DNA of 64,000 nucleotides from a virus, in IMG/VR virus record IMGVR_UViG_3300031873_000003, positions 1-64,000 of that record; one strand, 5' to 3'. The position numbers and the translations under genes are program-made. The notes below the pieces were generated by a model. It made no database searches, had not been told where the DNA came from, and worked only from the letters and a program-made list of their open reading frames with translations. Below are positions 9,601-18,607 of this stretch, one piece after another. Positions within the stretch are counted from its first letter, which is position 1; every line of letters begins with the position of its first letter.

Positions 9601-10658
9601 GATTTTTCCCCTTCCTTGGTTTTCTTAAACCCCGCCAGCCTTTCGTTCACCATTTTTGATACGTCTGGCATAATAGTGTCTGGGATGTTGTTCTTTTCGG
9701 TAGTGAACCATCTGTTGAGGTTGATAGCGTTAGACCAGATTTCTATTTGTTTTTTGTAATCATTGATTGACATAGGCATTCTGGTGACGTTTTGCCGCTC
9801 TGGATTTCTGACGCCTACATCGATCTCCGGGGTATGCGGCAACAGATCGTCGGCTTTTTCATAATTCACGGGGACGGCATTCTTATCAACGGCCTCTTTT
9901 ATCTCTGGGCCCATGTTATCGAATACTGTTGACTGAACGGCCTGAGGTGGTTCCGGGGTTTCTTGTGCCGTAAGAGATACGATCTCCGGGCCATAGGGCG
10001 TTGTGTGAAAAACGATGGTCACGGGTTTGCCTGCGGTTTTGGCCTCCGAGGCGACCTTGGCAATTGTGGAGCTAAACGTAGAGTATCTCTGGTTCTGGAC
10101 ATGCACAGAATATTTCGTAAATTTGGTCTTATCTTTTTTTGTCCCTTGGGATTGGGTCACGTTTGTGACGATATCAGTGATGGTTTCGGTGGGGGGACGA
10201 TTCTGAGTGCCTTCGGATTTCTGTTTTTCCGTGTCCTTTCCGGTGGCGGCGTTCCCATCATCGTCTGCGGTTGCAATACCGATGATGGCGGCCAGGGAGT
10301 ATCTGCGACCGTAAGAAATTGCCGACCCCATTGATTGAGGGTCATCGGATGGTGTCCATCCCTCGTTTTTTATCTGTTTCATCGGATTGATCGGATATAT
10401 GCTCGAATACCATTCTCCGCTGGAATGTGTCAGGACGGTTTCGAGTATCAACTTACCCTCTATAACCTTCGTGACTTGGATGATTGCGAGCCCGTTTGTG
10501 GATAGGGGTTCCCTGGCCGCATCCCATACCGATGCGAGGGAAGCGTAAGTCATGTGGAAGTAGGGGTTTTCGGAATCCTTTATGGCTCCCCTAATTCCCC
10601 CTTGCGCTTTAGATAGGGCCTCAGCCAATTTTACGATTGATTCAGATCTATTTTCCAT
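9597..10658 (-). CDS. erf: ERF-family single-strand annealing protein
   Basis: LAEALSKAQ...NPYF..YASL...HSSGEW...QSMGSAISYGRRYSL...DDDGN; start MENRSES. Confidence 0.92.
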   Translation of the reverse strand: MENRSESIVKLAEALSKAQGGIRGAIKDSENPYFHMTYASLASVWDAAREPLSTNGLAIIQVTKVIEGKLILETVLTHSSGEWYSSIYPINPMKQIKNEGWTPSDDPQSMGSAISYGRRYSLAAIIGIATADDDGNAATGKDTEKQKSEGTQNRPPTETITDIVTNVTQSQGTKKDKTKFTKYSVHVQNQRYSTFSSTIAKVASEAKTAGKPVTIVFHTTPYGPEIVSLTAQETPEPPQAVQSTVFDNMGPEIKEAVDKNAVPVNYEKADDLLPHTPEIDVGVRNPERQNVTRMPMSINDYKKQIEIWSNAINLNRWFTTEKNNIPDTIMPDVSKMVNERLAGFKKTKEGEKS

Positions 10659-10678
10659 CGTTTTTTCTCCTTTTCGGG

Positions 10679-11563
10679 TTAATCTGCCCCGATAATTAGG
10701 TTTCTCTCCTCCCATTGCGCATACGACCACCGTGGGATGTTAGCGGTGACAATCTTGTTTGGATATCCCGGCCAGAGATCCTCTTGGATGCAGGCCCGCC
10801 AAATGTGTATCCCGTTTTCTACCTTCTGCAACCCTGTAATTTCTGCCATGTTGGGAAGGATGACGAACGAACATAGATGGGGCGGATCGACCTCGACCAG
10901 CACAAACACAAACACAGGGGTTTTGCCTCCTGTGACAGCGGTTACACCACGTTGATACAGGACGCTCTGTATGTCGTATCCCATATTGACGATGGTTTTG
11001 CCAATGTCGATAGGGTTTGCGGTCTGATTCGTGGTTTTTATGTCGAGAATTAAGGTGCGGTCTTTTGATATCCAGTCTGGCCGGGCCTTAATCCAAACTC
11101 CATCCTCTTCCCAAACATACGTCAGTTCTGCGTCTCCCTCTGTGCGAAGATTTTTGATGCCAAGCTCTCCACACTCAAGAATTCTCCGATCAACAACATC
11201 GGCTATCGTTTTTGCCTGGCCATACTGTGCCGTCAGTAAAGGGCTCTTCCCTTCCTTCCATGCTTGATCTCTGACCTCCTTGGCGGCTTTGGTTCGCCAG
11301 TCATCGGCGTCCACAATTACAATATTGTCTAGCCCCTCCAGTATCAGGGAATGGACAGCGGACCCTATGTCGAATTTCCCCCCACCGTTGTCAGGTGTGT
11401 ATAGGGGGTTGAGTCTAGGGTGATTGAACCAGGCTCTCGCCGGTGACGAAAAGACCAGATCCTTGATTATCGATCTCGATAGGCAGGGTTTCTCACATAC
11501 CTGGTCGGCGTGGTAGTCCTGTGACGAGATGGTGTACGATCCTGGCTTAGTGATTAATGTCAT
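10679..11563 (-). CDS. RecE-like PD-(D/E)XK exonuclease (DUF3799)
   Basis: YHA...LSRS...GSAVH...KARPD...DIKTT...YDIQ..LY...WPGY; adjacent to ERF. Confidence 0.88.
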   Translation of the reverse strand: MTLITKPGSYTISSQDYHADQVCEKPCLSRSIIKDLVFSSPARAWFNHPRLNPLYTPDNGGGKFDIGSAVHSLILEGLDNIVIVDADDWRTKAAKEVRDQAWKEGKSPLLTAQYGQAKTIADVVDRRILECGELGIKNLRTEGDAELTYVWEEDGVWIKARPDWISKDRTLILDIKTTNQTANPIDIGKTIVNMGYDIQSVLYQRGVTAVTGGKTPVFVFVLVEVDPPHLCSFVILPNMAEITGLQKVENGIHIWRACIQEDLWPGYPNKIVTANIPRWSYAQWEERNLIIGAD

Positions 11564-11943
11564 GGTGTCCTCCTTTTCTTATTTGTGATCTTCCCAGTAT
11601 TGCATCAGAGCAATAACTCCGAGCAAAAAGATGAGAAACAATAGAGAGTTAGTTGTCTCCATGAACCGTTCCCTCCTCAATCTTATGTGGAAAAAACCCG
11701 GGTTGACTCTTTTTCCTCGCAATGATGCTCGGTATACCAACCTCCTTTGTCTCCAGTTACAACCTTCTCGATGAATTCGACCTCGTGCCCACAATGCGGG
11801 CAGTGTTGGGTCTCAGACCCACTGTCCGGGTTGTGACCATCCTTGGATATCCTCATCACTATTTGGTTCATTTTCCCCTCCTTCTCCGGCTTCCCGGGTT
11901 GTGACGGGGTGCCCCGCCTGCCGGTCTATCGCTCTCCCCGGCG

Positions 11944-11973
11944 TGCGGACTGGTTATCGGGTTTCCAGTCAAC
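11944..11973 (-). promoter_or_regulatory. conserved RNA hairpin, copy 1
   Basis: Minus strand GTTGACTGG-AAACCCGATAA-CCAGTCCGCA; covaries with 12875-12904. Confidence 0.55.
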
Positions 11974-12099
11974 TCTTTCATTCTATCCTAAATAAAAAAA
12001 GGGGACGCTAACCATTATGACGAATGGAAAACGTCCCCTATCTCAGTGCCATTGATGGGATGCCTCAATAACTAGCATCCCTTAAGGCGGAAGGTGGGG

Positions 12100-12816
12100 C
12101 TAAACCTCCACGAAGTGCGGCTCCCTGCAATGATAGCAGGTCGCCTTTTCGACTGCGGCGTAAACCCATTCAGGGGATACGCCTCCCCCGTCACAAATGG
12201 ACGACCATTCTTGGCCGTCCAAAGCCCCTCCCTGGCAGAAGGGAGACTCTGCCAGGATAGACCATTCTCCCTGACCAAACTCGGCCAGGGTTTGAAGTTG
12301 GGCGATCCATTGATTTGGTTCGCCCTCGTCGAGCCAAAACAACGGCTCGTTTGGCTGCTCGTCCAGGCAGCCATTCTTCCACCATGCCTGATGAGTGCCA
12401 TTGGCACCCTTCAGAACTAACTGGTAATGATCCCAACGGTTGGAACCATACTTAGGAGCCAGGTCAAAAACCTGGCTTTCAGACATCCCAGGAGCCAGTA
12501 AGCCTGACTCCACTGGGAGAACCTTAATAGGTCTCCCTTTTTCAAACTCAAGCCGAGTCACTCTCCAGACCCGGATAGTGAAATCCCTCCGGTGATGGGA
12601 TGCCCCTATAACCATCATCCCTTCCTCGGCCCTAAAAAGGGCATGTTCGCTGTTGCTGAGCGAACCCGCCCTTCTCACATATATCGGGGTCAACTTCTCC
12701 CCGTTTGGCCCCGCTACAATTTGAGCGGAGCCGGTGTTTGTCGATCCCCCGCCACTCTCCCAGATGGCGGGCAATCCTTTCTTAGTCACGTCGAGTCTCA
12801 ATTCTTTTTCCATCAA
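12100..12816 (-). CDS. hypothetical protein (first leftward gene)
   Basis: 238-aa ORF downstream of the consensus leftward promoter; C-terminal CYHC..PH. Confidence 0.7.
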   Translation of the reverse strand: MMEKELRLDVTKKGLPAIWESGGGSTNTGSAQIVAGPNGEKLTPIYVRRAGSLSNSEHALFRAEEGMMVIGASHHRRDFTIRVWRVTRLEFEKGRPIKVLPVESGLLAPGMSESQVFDLAPKYGSNRWDHYQLVLKGANGTHQAWWKNGCLDEQPNEPLFWLDEGEPNQWIAQLQTLAEFGQGEWSILAESPFCQGGALDGQEWSSICDGGGVSPEWVYAAVEKATCYHCREPHFVEV

Positions 12817-12874
12817 GTTTTCCTTCCAGCCGTTTATTTTTCCCTATATCGCCAAGGATCGGGCGGCTAACCCC

Positions 12875-12904
12875 TGCGGACCAGTTATCGGGTTTCTGGT
12901 CAAC
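12875..12904 (-). promoter_or_regulatory. conserved RNA hairpin, copy 2
   Basis: Minus strand GTTGACCAG-AAACCCGATAA-CTGGTCCGCA. Confidence 0.55.
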
Positions 12905-12950
12905 CCTCATTATTAAACAGTTTCTTAAACTTTCTTGGATTGTTAATTTG

Positions 12951-12979
12951 ATTATAAACAGTCTAAACTCATTTGTCAA
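12951..12979 (-). promoter_or_regulatory. leftward sigma70 promoter
   Basis: Perfect TTGACA-N17-TATAAT on the minus strand. Confidence 0.8.
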
Positions 12980-13032
12980 GTAAAATCGTAAAAAAAATAA
13001 AAATAAATTTTAACGGTAAATAAAAATTTAGT

Positions 13033-13061
13033 TTGACAAGTTTTGTTTTACGTGTTAATCT
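13033..13061 (+). promoter_or_regulatory. rightward sigma70 promoter (leaderless start)
   Basis: TTGACA-N17-TAATCT with ATG 6 nt downstream. Confidence 0.7.
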
Positions 13062-13067
13062 ATTTTT

Positions 13068-13235
13068 ATGAATCCGCTAACCGTCCAATATCGGTTGCGA
13101 CTCAAGGGATATACCTTTTCTCGGATAGCACGAGAGACCCAGGTATCCAAACAGGTTGTTTGGGAAGCCATCAACAACGACAGGCGAAAAGGGTTGAGCG
13201 CTAAGGTATGGAAGAAGATATCACAAATTATATAA
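13068..13235 (+). CDS. Cro/Ner-like HTH regulator (55 aa, not in the ORF track)
   Basis: MNPLTVQYRLRLKGYTFSRIARETQVSKQVVWEAINN... Confidence 0.75.
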   Translation: MNPLTVQYRLRLKGYTFSRIARETQVSKQVVWEAINNDRRKGLSAKVWKKISQII

Positions 13236-13244
13236 GGGAGGTTT

Positions 13245-13640
13245 ATGACAGAAGAAAAAAACTCATTAGTAATTTTTACTAAAGCAGCTCAAATGTTGGT
13301 TGAAGCTGATACTTTACAGAAAGCAAAGGAACTAAAAAATCTCGCATTAACAGCGGCAGACTGGGCAAAACGAAAAGGGATGGGGGAAGATGCAATTCAA
13401 CATTGTCGATCCTATGCCTTAGAAGCAGAACGAAAGATGGGTGAAATGTTGAGTCAGACGGAAAGGGCTGATGGTGGTGATGCGATGCGTGCTCGGTTAC
13501 ATGGTGTTACCGAGCAACCCCCCACCCTATCCGACCTTGGCCTTACAAAGAGAGAGAGCGCAGAGGCACAGATGCTGGCAAGTATTCCGAGAGAGATGAG
13601 GAAGAAGATTAAGCAATTGATTGCAGGAAAAGGCGCATGA
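13245..13640 (+). CDS. hypothetical protein, paralog of the MTase N-terminal domain
   Basis: NSLVIFT.A..ML.EADT.QKA.ELKNLALTAA shared with the 14363 gene. Confidence 0.75.
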   Translation: MTEEKNSLVIFTKAAQMLVEADTLQKAKELKNLALTAADWAKRKGMGEDAIQHCRSYALEAERKMGEMLSQTERADGGDAMRARLHGVTEQPPTLSDLGLTKRESAEAQMLASIPREMRKKIKQLIAGKGA

Positions 13641-13838
13641 TAGAAATTGCGACGAGTATGGGTTTTTCCGACGGTTTACGGATTGCGGCATCGGTTCCGA
13701 TTTCCGTCAATTGTAGGTTTTTAACGAATTCACTTATCGAGTCTTGTGAATACCCAAGGGAACGTAATGATTTGCAATGATAAAATATCAAATACGAAGC
13801 ACTGTGTTTGCGGGCTTTTTACATTCTAAGGAGACGGT

Positions 13839-14366
13839 ATGGAATCAAAAAGCATAGCATTATTGAACGGGGCGACAAAAATGTTGGCCGAAGTCCAAAC
13901 GATAGACGACGCCAAGGACCTCATGGACATGGCAGCGGCAGCGAAACATTATGCTCAAAAGCATGGACTTGGAAAAGAAGCCGTAACTTTTGCGAAATCA
14001 ATCGAAATATCGGCTGAAATAAAGCTCGGAGAAATATTGATTCAAAACAAAAACGATGCAAGAAAAATCAATGCCAAAAAAATCATAAGAGAGTCTGACG
14101 GATGCGTTATTTGCGGAAATACATTTAAGCCTATTTTGGTAGTCCACCATAAAAAACTCATATGCGTAGGCGGGGAAAGCGACGGAAATAACCTTATTGT
14201 TCTTTGCCCAAATTGCCATGCTATAGCACATAGAATTATTGAAGCAAGAGAGTCTGGAGATAATGCCAGAATGGGCAGACTTGCTTTGTATTTTATTAAA
14301 AGCAATGGCGGAAACATAGATAAATATATGGAGATATTTATATGGATTACAGAAGAGGCGACATGA
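13839..14366 (+). CDS. HNH endonuclease fused to the same N-terminal helical domain
   Basis: CVICG...VHH...NLIVLCPNCH. Confidence 0.8.
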   Translation: MESKSIALLNGATKMLAEVQTIDDAKDLMDMAAAAKHYAQKHGLGKEAVTFAKSIEISAEIKLGEILIQNKNDARKINAKKIIRESDGCVICGNTFKPILVVHHKKLICVGGESDGNNLIVLCPNCHAIAHRIIEARESGDNARMGRLALYFIKSNGGNIDKYMEIFIWITEEAT

Positions 14367-15448
14367 CAGGAGAAAATTCATTAGTAATATTTACGCAAGC
14401 ATCTAAGATGCTTGCCGAGGCTGACACTATCCAAAAAGCACATGAGCTAAAAAATCTTGCTTTGACTGCGGCTGAATGGGCTAAACGAAAAGGCATGGGT
14501 GAAGAAGCTATTCGGTATTGCCGCTCTTATGCGATAGAAGCAGAGCGCAAAATGGGCGAAATGCTGAAACAGACAGAACGGGAGAAACCTGGGCCAGAAA
14601 AGCAAGATCGGTTACCAGGTGTAACCGAACCACCCACGCTTGCCGAGCTTGGTATCACGAAGCGTGAAAGTTCAGAGGCCCAGCTTATTGCCGACCTGGA
14701 TGATGATGATTTTATGGCCGTCAAATCCGGTAAGACAAGCAAGAAGACAGCGAAGAAAAAGCATAAGCAAAAAGAGAAGGAAAGCGAGAAGGCGAAAGAG
14801 GTAAGAACGGCAGAAATAAAACCAGAACTTTATCAAGCCGATGCGTTTTCATTTGATCCCGGGGAGGTGGATTTATTATTGACTGATCCGCCTTACTCAA
14901 CAGACGTTGAAAATATCAAAGACTTTGCTCCAAAGGTTATCGAACTTCTTGGGTATGTCAAGCCGACAGGACGGGCATATATCTTCATTGGTTCATATCC
15001 TGAAGAACTGACGGCATACCTCAATGCTCCAAGTCCCAACCACATGAAGTTAAGCCAGGTACTGGTATGGACATATCGTAACACGTTGGGGCCGTCTCCA
15101 AAGCAACTCTATAAAAACAACTGGCAAGCGATTCTGTATTATATCGGGATTGATGCTCCTCCGTTGGACTGCCCGGTATTGAATGAATTATTCAGCGTCC
15201 AAGACATAAATGCACCAGATGGCCGTTTAGGGGATCGCTATCACTCATGGCAGAAGCCTCTTGAAATAGCTGATAGGTTTATCCGACACTCAACAAAGGT
15301 TGGTGATATTGTATATGATCCATTTGCTTGCACGGGGACTTTTCTAATAAGCGCTGCAAAGTTAGGTCGGCGTGGTATAGGGTGCGAAATAAGTGAGGAT
15401 GTTCTGGCAATAGCAAAGAGCCGGGGAATAGAATGGAAAATAACGTAA
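14363..15448 (+). CDS. DNA N6-A/N4-C methyltransferase (beta class)
   Basis: TDPPY, HSWQKP, YDPFACTGT. Confidence 0.9.
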   Translation: MTGENSLVIFTQASKMLAEADTIQKAHELKNLALTAAEWAKRKGMGEEAIRYCRSYAIEAERKMGEMLKQTEREKPGPEKQDRLPGVTEPPTLAELGITKRESSEAQLIADLDDDDFMAVKSGKTSKKTAKKKHKQKEKESEKAKEVRTAEIKPELYQADAFSFDPGEVDLLLTDPPYSTDVENIKDFAPKVIELLGYVKPTGRAYIFIGSYPEELTAYLNAPSPNHMKLSQVLVWTYRNTLGPSPKQLYKNNWQAILYYIGIDAPPLDCPVLNELFSVQDINAPDGRLGDRYHSWQKPLEIADRFIRHSTKVGDIVYDPFACTGTFLISAAKLGRRGIGCEISEDVLAIAKSRGIEWKIT

Positions 15449-15960
15449 AGCAAGATATGACGGATAGTGCAACGGCTCTTGAACTTCTCATTTGGCCGTC
15501 TGTGTTGCCGTGGGTTGGAGGTGGGGAACTTCTTCAAATGGAGAGTGTCAACGACAGTAAATTCGCATCAATTCTTGACATGAAGGCTGGTATAGATGGT
15601 TGGCAGATTCATAACGATGGTATGAGGGGTATAGCTTCACGGATACAACGGGGGGACAAAGCGTGGAATACGTTTACCATCAGGATGTCACGAGATTCCG
15701 GGGTGGCGACCGAGTATGAAAAAAGAACGGTTGCGATTGAGACGGGGAAATATATCTATCCTTATTTGACAATACAAGCGTATGTTAAGACGTGGCAAGG
15801 GCCGGTTTTGTCTGTTGGTATGGCAAAGACTGCTGATATTATGGAGTTTATAAAAAGAGGGCTAAACACAACAAAGAGAACGACAAACGCAGTTTTTGCC
15901 GTGTGCCCGTGGGAAATAATGGTTAAGAATAAATTTCCAGTAAAGGTTAAAATTAACTAA
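15433..15960 (+). CDS. hypothetical protein
   Basis: 175-aa ORF coupled to the MTase. Confidence 0.7.
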   Translation: MENNVKQDMTDSATALELLIWPSVLPWVGGGELLQMESVNDSKFASILDMKAGIDGWQIHNDGMRGIASRIQRGDKAWNTFTIRMSRDSGVATEYEKRTVAIETGKYIYPYLTIQAYVKTWQGPVLSVGMAKTADIMEFIKRGLNTTKRTTNAVFAVCPWEIMVKNKFPVKVKIN

Positions 15961-16009
15961 GGAGGTATGGTATAAGCCAACAACAGGAACCAAACAAGGA
16001 GGTGCAAGG

Positions 16010-17002
16010 ATGGTAGGCGATAGCACAATTCAATATCTCAATTTTCATCTGAAAGAATACCGTGGAATCACACAGTTGATTCGGGCCACAAAACAGAGAT
16101 TACAATCTCTACCCGGCGAGGACAGACCGGAGGAGTTTGACGCCCTGCTCAAGGGCCGGCAGGCGGTCGGCGAGAGGGAGATTGGACTGGAGATGATCAA
16201 GGCCCGATGTGTCAGGGAGATCGAACACGAGTTGTCGGCCTGGGATATCTGGGGGCACTGGGCGAAGAAAATTCCGGGGATAGGTCCATGGATTGCTGGG
16301 GAGTTGATAATTTTGTTTAAATACCGCTTTATCGCTACTTGCAAAGCCTGTGGGGGGGACCTGGAAAAGAAGGAAAAGACGTTGGTTTGTGTGTTATGTG
16401 GAAAAAAGGCCAAGAAGGACGGGGCATTGATATACCGGATCGAGGAGAAAGACTTCCCCACTATCTCAAAATGGTGGGCATACATGGGTAGACATACGGT
16501 TGATGGCGTGATGCCGAAGTTGAGGGAGAGCGTCAAGTCGTCCTGGTCAACCAATGGTAGGACGGTGGGATGGCATATCGGGGAGGAATTTAATCGTCAA
16601 TCGGGAGACAATCCGTATAAGCTGCTGTTGCTGTTGCGGAAAGAGAAACATGCCAAGAACCATCCAGAATGGTCGATCGGCCATATCCACAGTGCGGCCA
16701 AAAATGAGGTTGCGAAGATCTTCCTTGCGCATTGGTGGACAGTAGCCAGGACGTTGGACGGAAAGTCAGTGTCGGAGCCCTACGCCGGTGCATTAATGGG
16801 CCACACAGGGATCATAAACCCATATTATTGGGAAGAGGAGAGCGAAACCTTAATTGAAACCCATCATCAATTTGCGAGCGAGAATTTGATTGAAACCCAT
16901 GATCAAGATGCGAGCGAGAAAGGATATGAAATCCAAACAAGGACTGCGAGCGATAACGCCGTAATCAGCGGGCGGCGTTTCGGCGCTCCGCTGGATGAGT
17001 AG
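16010..17002 (+). CDS. TIGR-associated Tas-like protein (Nop / IS110 C-terminal-like RNA-binding domain, no visible nuclease; TasA-like) with a zinc-ribbon insert
   Basis: IPGIGPWIAGELI, FPTISKWWAYMG, HIHSAAKNEVAKIFLAHWW resemble the IS110/Nop domain. No DEDD RuvC N-terminus. CKAC..CVLC insert. Runs directly into 36-nt repeat units. Confidence 0.82.
   Translation: MVGDSTIQYLNFHLKEYRGITQLIRATKQRLQSLPGEDRPEEFDALLKGRQAVGEREIGLEMIKARCVREIEHELSAWDIWGHWAKKIPGIGPWIAGELIILFKYRFIATCKACGGDLEKKEKTLVCVLCGKKAKKDGALIYRIEEKDFPTISKWWAYMGRHTVDGVMPKLRESVKSSWSTNGRTVGWHIGEEFNRQSGDNPYKLLLLLRKEKHAKNHPEWSIGHIHSAAKNEVAKIFLAHWWTVARTLDGKSVSEPYAGALMGHTGIINPYYWEEESETLIETHHQFASENLIETHDQDASEKGYEIQTRTASDNAVISGRRFGAPLDE
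16841..16953 (+). ncRNA. TIGR-like array segment 1 (three 36-nt units)
   Basis: AGCGA-N9-TGAAA(C/T)CCA-N9-TGCG x3; spacer pairs aaccttaat/tcatcaatt, gaatttgat/tgatcaaga, gaaaggata/aacaaggac. Confidence 0.88.
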
Positions 17003-17009
17003 GTTAGAA
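16951..17009 (+). mobile_element. integron attC-like site 1
   Basis: TAAC...CAGCGG/CCGCTG stem...GTTAGAA; 59 nt. Confidence 0.7.
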
Positions 17010-17020
17010 AGGAATATTCA

Positions 17021-17215
17021 ATGAGCGAACGACTAATATTGGTATTATACCCAATTTGGATCGGGATAATATTAAACATGATATTTGCAATAATTAATGT
17101 TTCGTTAATAGGCCATTATGGGAAAATAGCGAGTGGATACATGAAATACTTTCCCTGGTTCTTTGGTACAACGTGGATAATGTTAATTGGGTTAGCTGTT
17201 TTTAATTATTTCTAA
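17021..17215 (+). CDS. small two-TM membrane protein in an integron-type gene cassette
   Basis: AT-rich ORF bounded by GTTAGAA (17003) and the complementary TTCTAAC (17210). Confidence 0.7.
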   Translation: MSERLILVLYPIWIGIILNMIFAIINVSLIGHYGKIASGYMKYFPWFFGTTWIMLIGLAVFNYF

Positions 17216-17268
17216 CGCCCACCCTCACGGTCGCGCTCCTGCGCGTACCGTGCAGGGTGTTGTTGGCA
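17210..17268 (+). mobile_element. integron attC-like site 2
   Basis: TTCTAAC-GCCCACCCT-CACGGT-CGCGC...GCGCG-TACCGTG-CAGGGTG-TTGTTGGCA; 59 nt. Confidence 0.8.
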
Positions 17269-17332
17269 GTCTGGATTCCGAGACATGACGCCATACTTCC
17301 AGGATGACGCGGTGACGATCTACCACGGGGAC

Positions 17333-17785
17333 TTACGCAAGCCCGGAGCGGTTCAACGCTTTGACTTCCGCATAGATGGATTCGCGTTGCGCTACAACGG
17401 CGGGGTTAGTCTTTGTGCCGCGAACGCCAACACGCACAGCGCGACGTTGGGCAGTTGGCAACTCCTTAGACTCCCTGAGTTCACAAATCAGTTCGGCCTG
17501 CCTTCGCTTCAACCGCAGGTGAGGAAGCAGCGTCTTGGACGCCGACGCCGCGTTTCTGTTGCTGGCAACCCAGTAGAAAAACGGCTTCCACTTGGGATCT
17601 CGCTGCCGTTGGCGGACTGTTCCGCCAAAGGTGTCGCGCAGCATGTTCGGAACAACGTCGGACACCTGCCCGAGCCCGATGAACTCCGAATAGGTAGTAG
17701 ACCCGCGAATGGTATGCGACCGGATCGAAAAGAACCCGTCGGCATCCATCGCGCCAGCAAGGTAAGCGAGCGTTTCTTTATTCAT
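17333..17785 (-). CDS. LAGLIDADG homing endonuclease (single motif), antisense to the operon
   Basis: LAYLAGAMDADGFF; LLPHLRLKRRQAEL; own TTGACC-N17-TATGTT promoter at 17820-17792. Confidence 0.92.
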   Translation of the reverse strand: MNKETLAYLAGAMDADGFFSIRSHTIRGSTTYSEFIGLGQVSDVVPNMLRDTFGGTVRQRQRDPKWKPFFYWVASNRNAASASKTLLPHLRLKRRQAELICELRESKELPTAQRRAVRVGVRGTKTNPAVVAQRESIYAEVKALNRSGLA

Positions 17786-17812
17786 GCCAGCAACATACCA
17801 TAGGGGGTGTAG

Positions 17813-18607
17813 ATGGTCAAGCCTTATTATCAGGATGATGCCGTAACTATTTTTTGCGGCGACTGCCGTGAGATTGTGCCAACGCTACCGAAACACGACC
17901 TGCTTGTTTCTGACCCTCCGTATTTTGTCCCCGCTGTTGCCTATGTCGGGGCAAGGGGCGAGAAACTTCCGGCGCGAACACTTGGCGACCTGTCAATCAT
18001 GCAGGGCTATTTCGATGTGCTGTTGCCAATGATTGCGCCGTCTGCTGGAGGGTCCGCATATCTGTTTTGCGATGCAAAGTCTTATCCCGTGTTCTTTCGG
18101 GCGATGTTTCCGCACTTCCGCCATTTGCGGCTGTTGGTTTGGGACAAGGTTGTTTCCTACAACGGCTACACATGGAGACACCAGCACGAACTGATTGCAT
18201 GGGGAGAGGGCGACGGCGCAAAGCGGATTCCGACAGGGGACGGGGATGTTTTGCGGGAACGCGGCGTGGTTCAAGAGGGCCGCGTCCATCCTGCGGAAAA
18301 GCCCGTGTCTTTGCTTGGGCGGTTGATCGGGAAGCACGACGAGGCCGCGCTGATTCTTGACCCGTTTATGGGAAGCGGGACAACGCTTCGGGCCGCGAAG
18401 GATTTGGGGCGGAAGGCCATCGGCATTGAAATCGAGGAAAAGTATTGCGAGATTGCGGCCAGACGCATGGGGCAGGGCGTGCTGGATTTTGGTACTGCAA
18501 GCAAAGGAACTAAAAAATCTCGCATTAACAGCGGCAGACTGGGCAAAACGAAAAGGGATGGGGGAAGATGCAATTCAACATTGTCGATCCTACAACGTTG
18601 GAGTTAA
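17813..18607 (+). CDS. DNA N6-A/N4-C methyltransferase
   Basis: SDPPY, HPAEKP, LDPFMGSGTT, GIEIEEKYCEIA. Confidence 0.93.
   Translation: MVKPYYQDDAVTIFCGDCREIVPTLPKHDLLVSDPPYFVPAVAYVGARGEKLPARTLGDLSIMQGYFDVLLPMIAPSAGGSAYLFCDAKSYPVFFRAMFPHFRHLRLLVWDKVVSYNGYTWRHQHELIAWGEGDGAKRIPTGDGDVLRERGVVQEGRVHPAEKPVSLLGRLIGKHDEAALILDPFMGSGTTLRAAKDLGRKAIGIEIEEKYCEIAARRMGQGVLDFGTASKGTKKSRINSGRLGKTKRDGGRCNSTLSILQRWS
18499..18592 (+). repeat. 94-bp exact copy of 13321-13414
   Basis: AAGCAAAGGAACTAAAAAATCTCGC...TGTCGATCCTA identical at both positions. Confidence 0.9.

Noticed and set aside
12072-12436. Overlapping alternative-frame ORFs
   Set aside because: Shadows of 12100-12816 with no independent signals.
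16010-17002. Active IS110 transposase
   Set aside because: It lacks the N-terminal DEDD RuvC domain and the catalytic Ser-Gly motif, and is followed by an array rather than IS ends.
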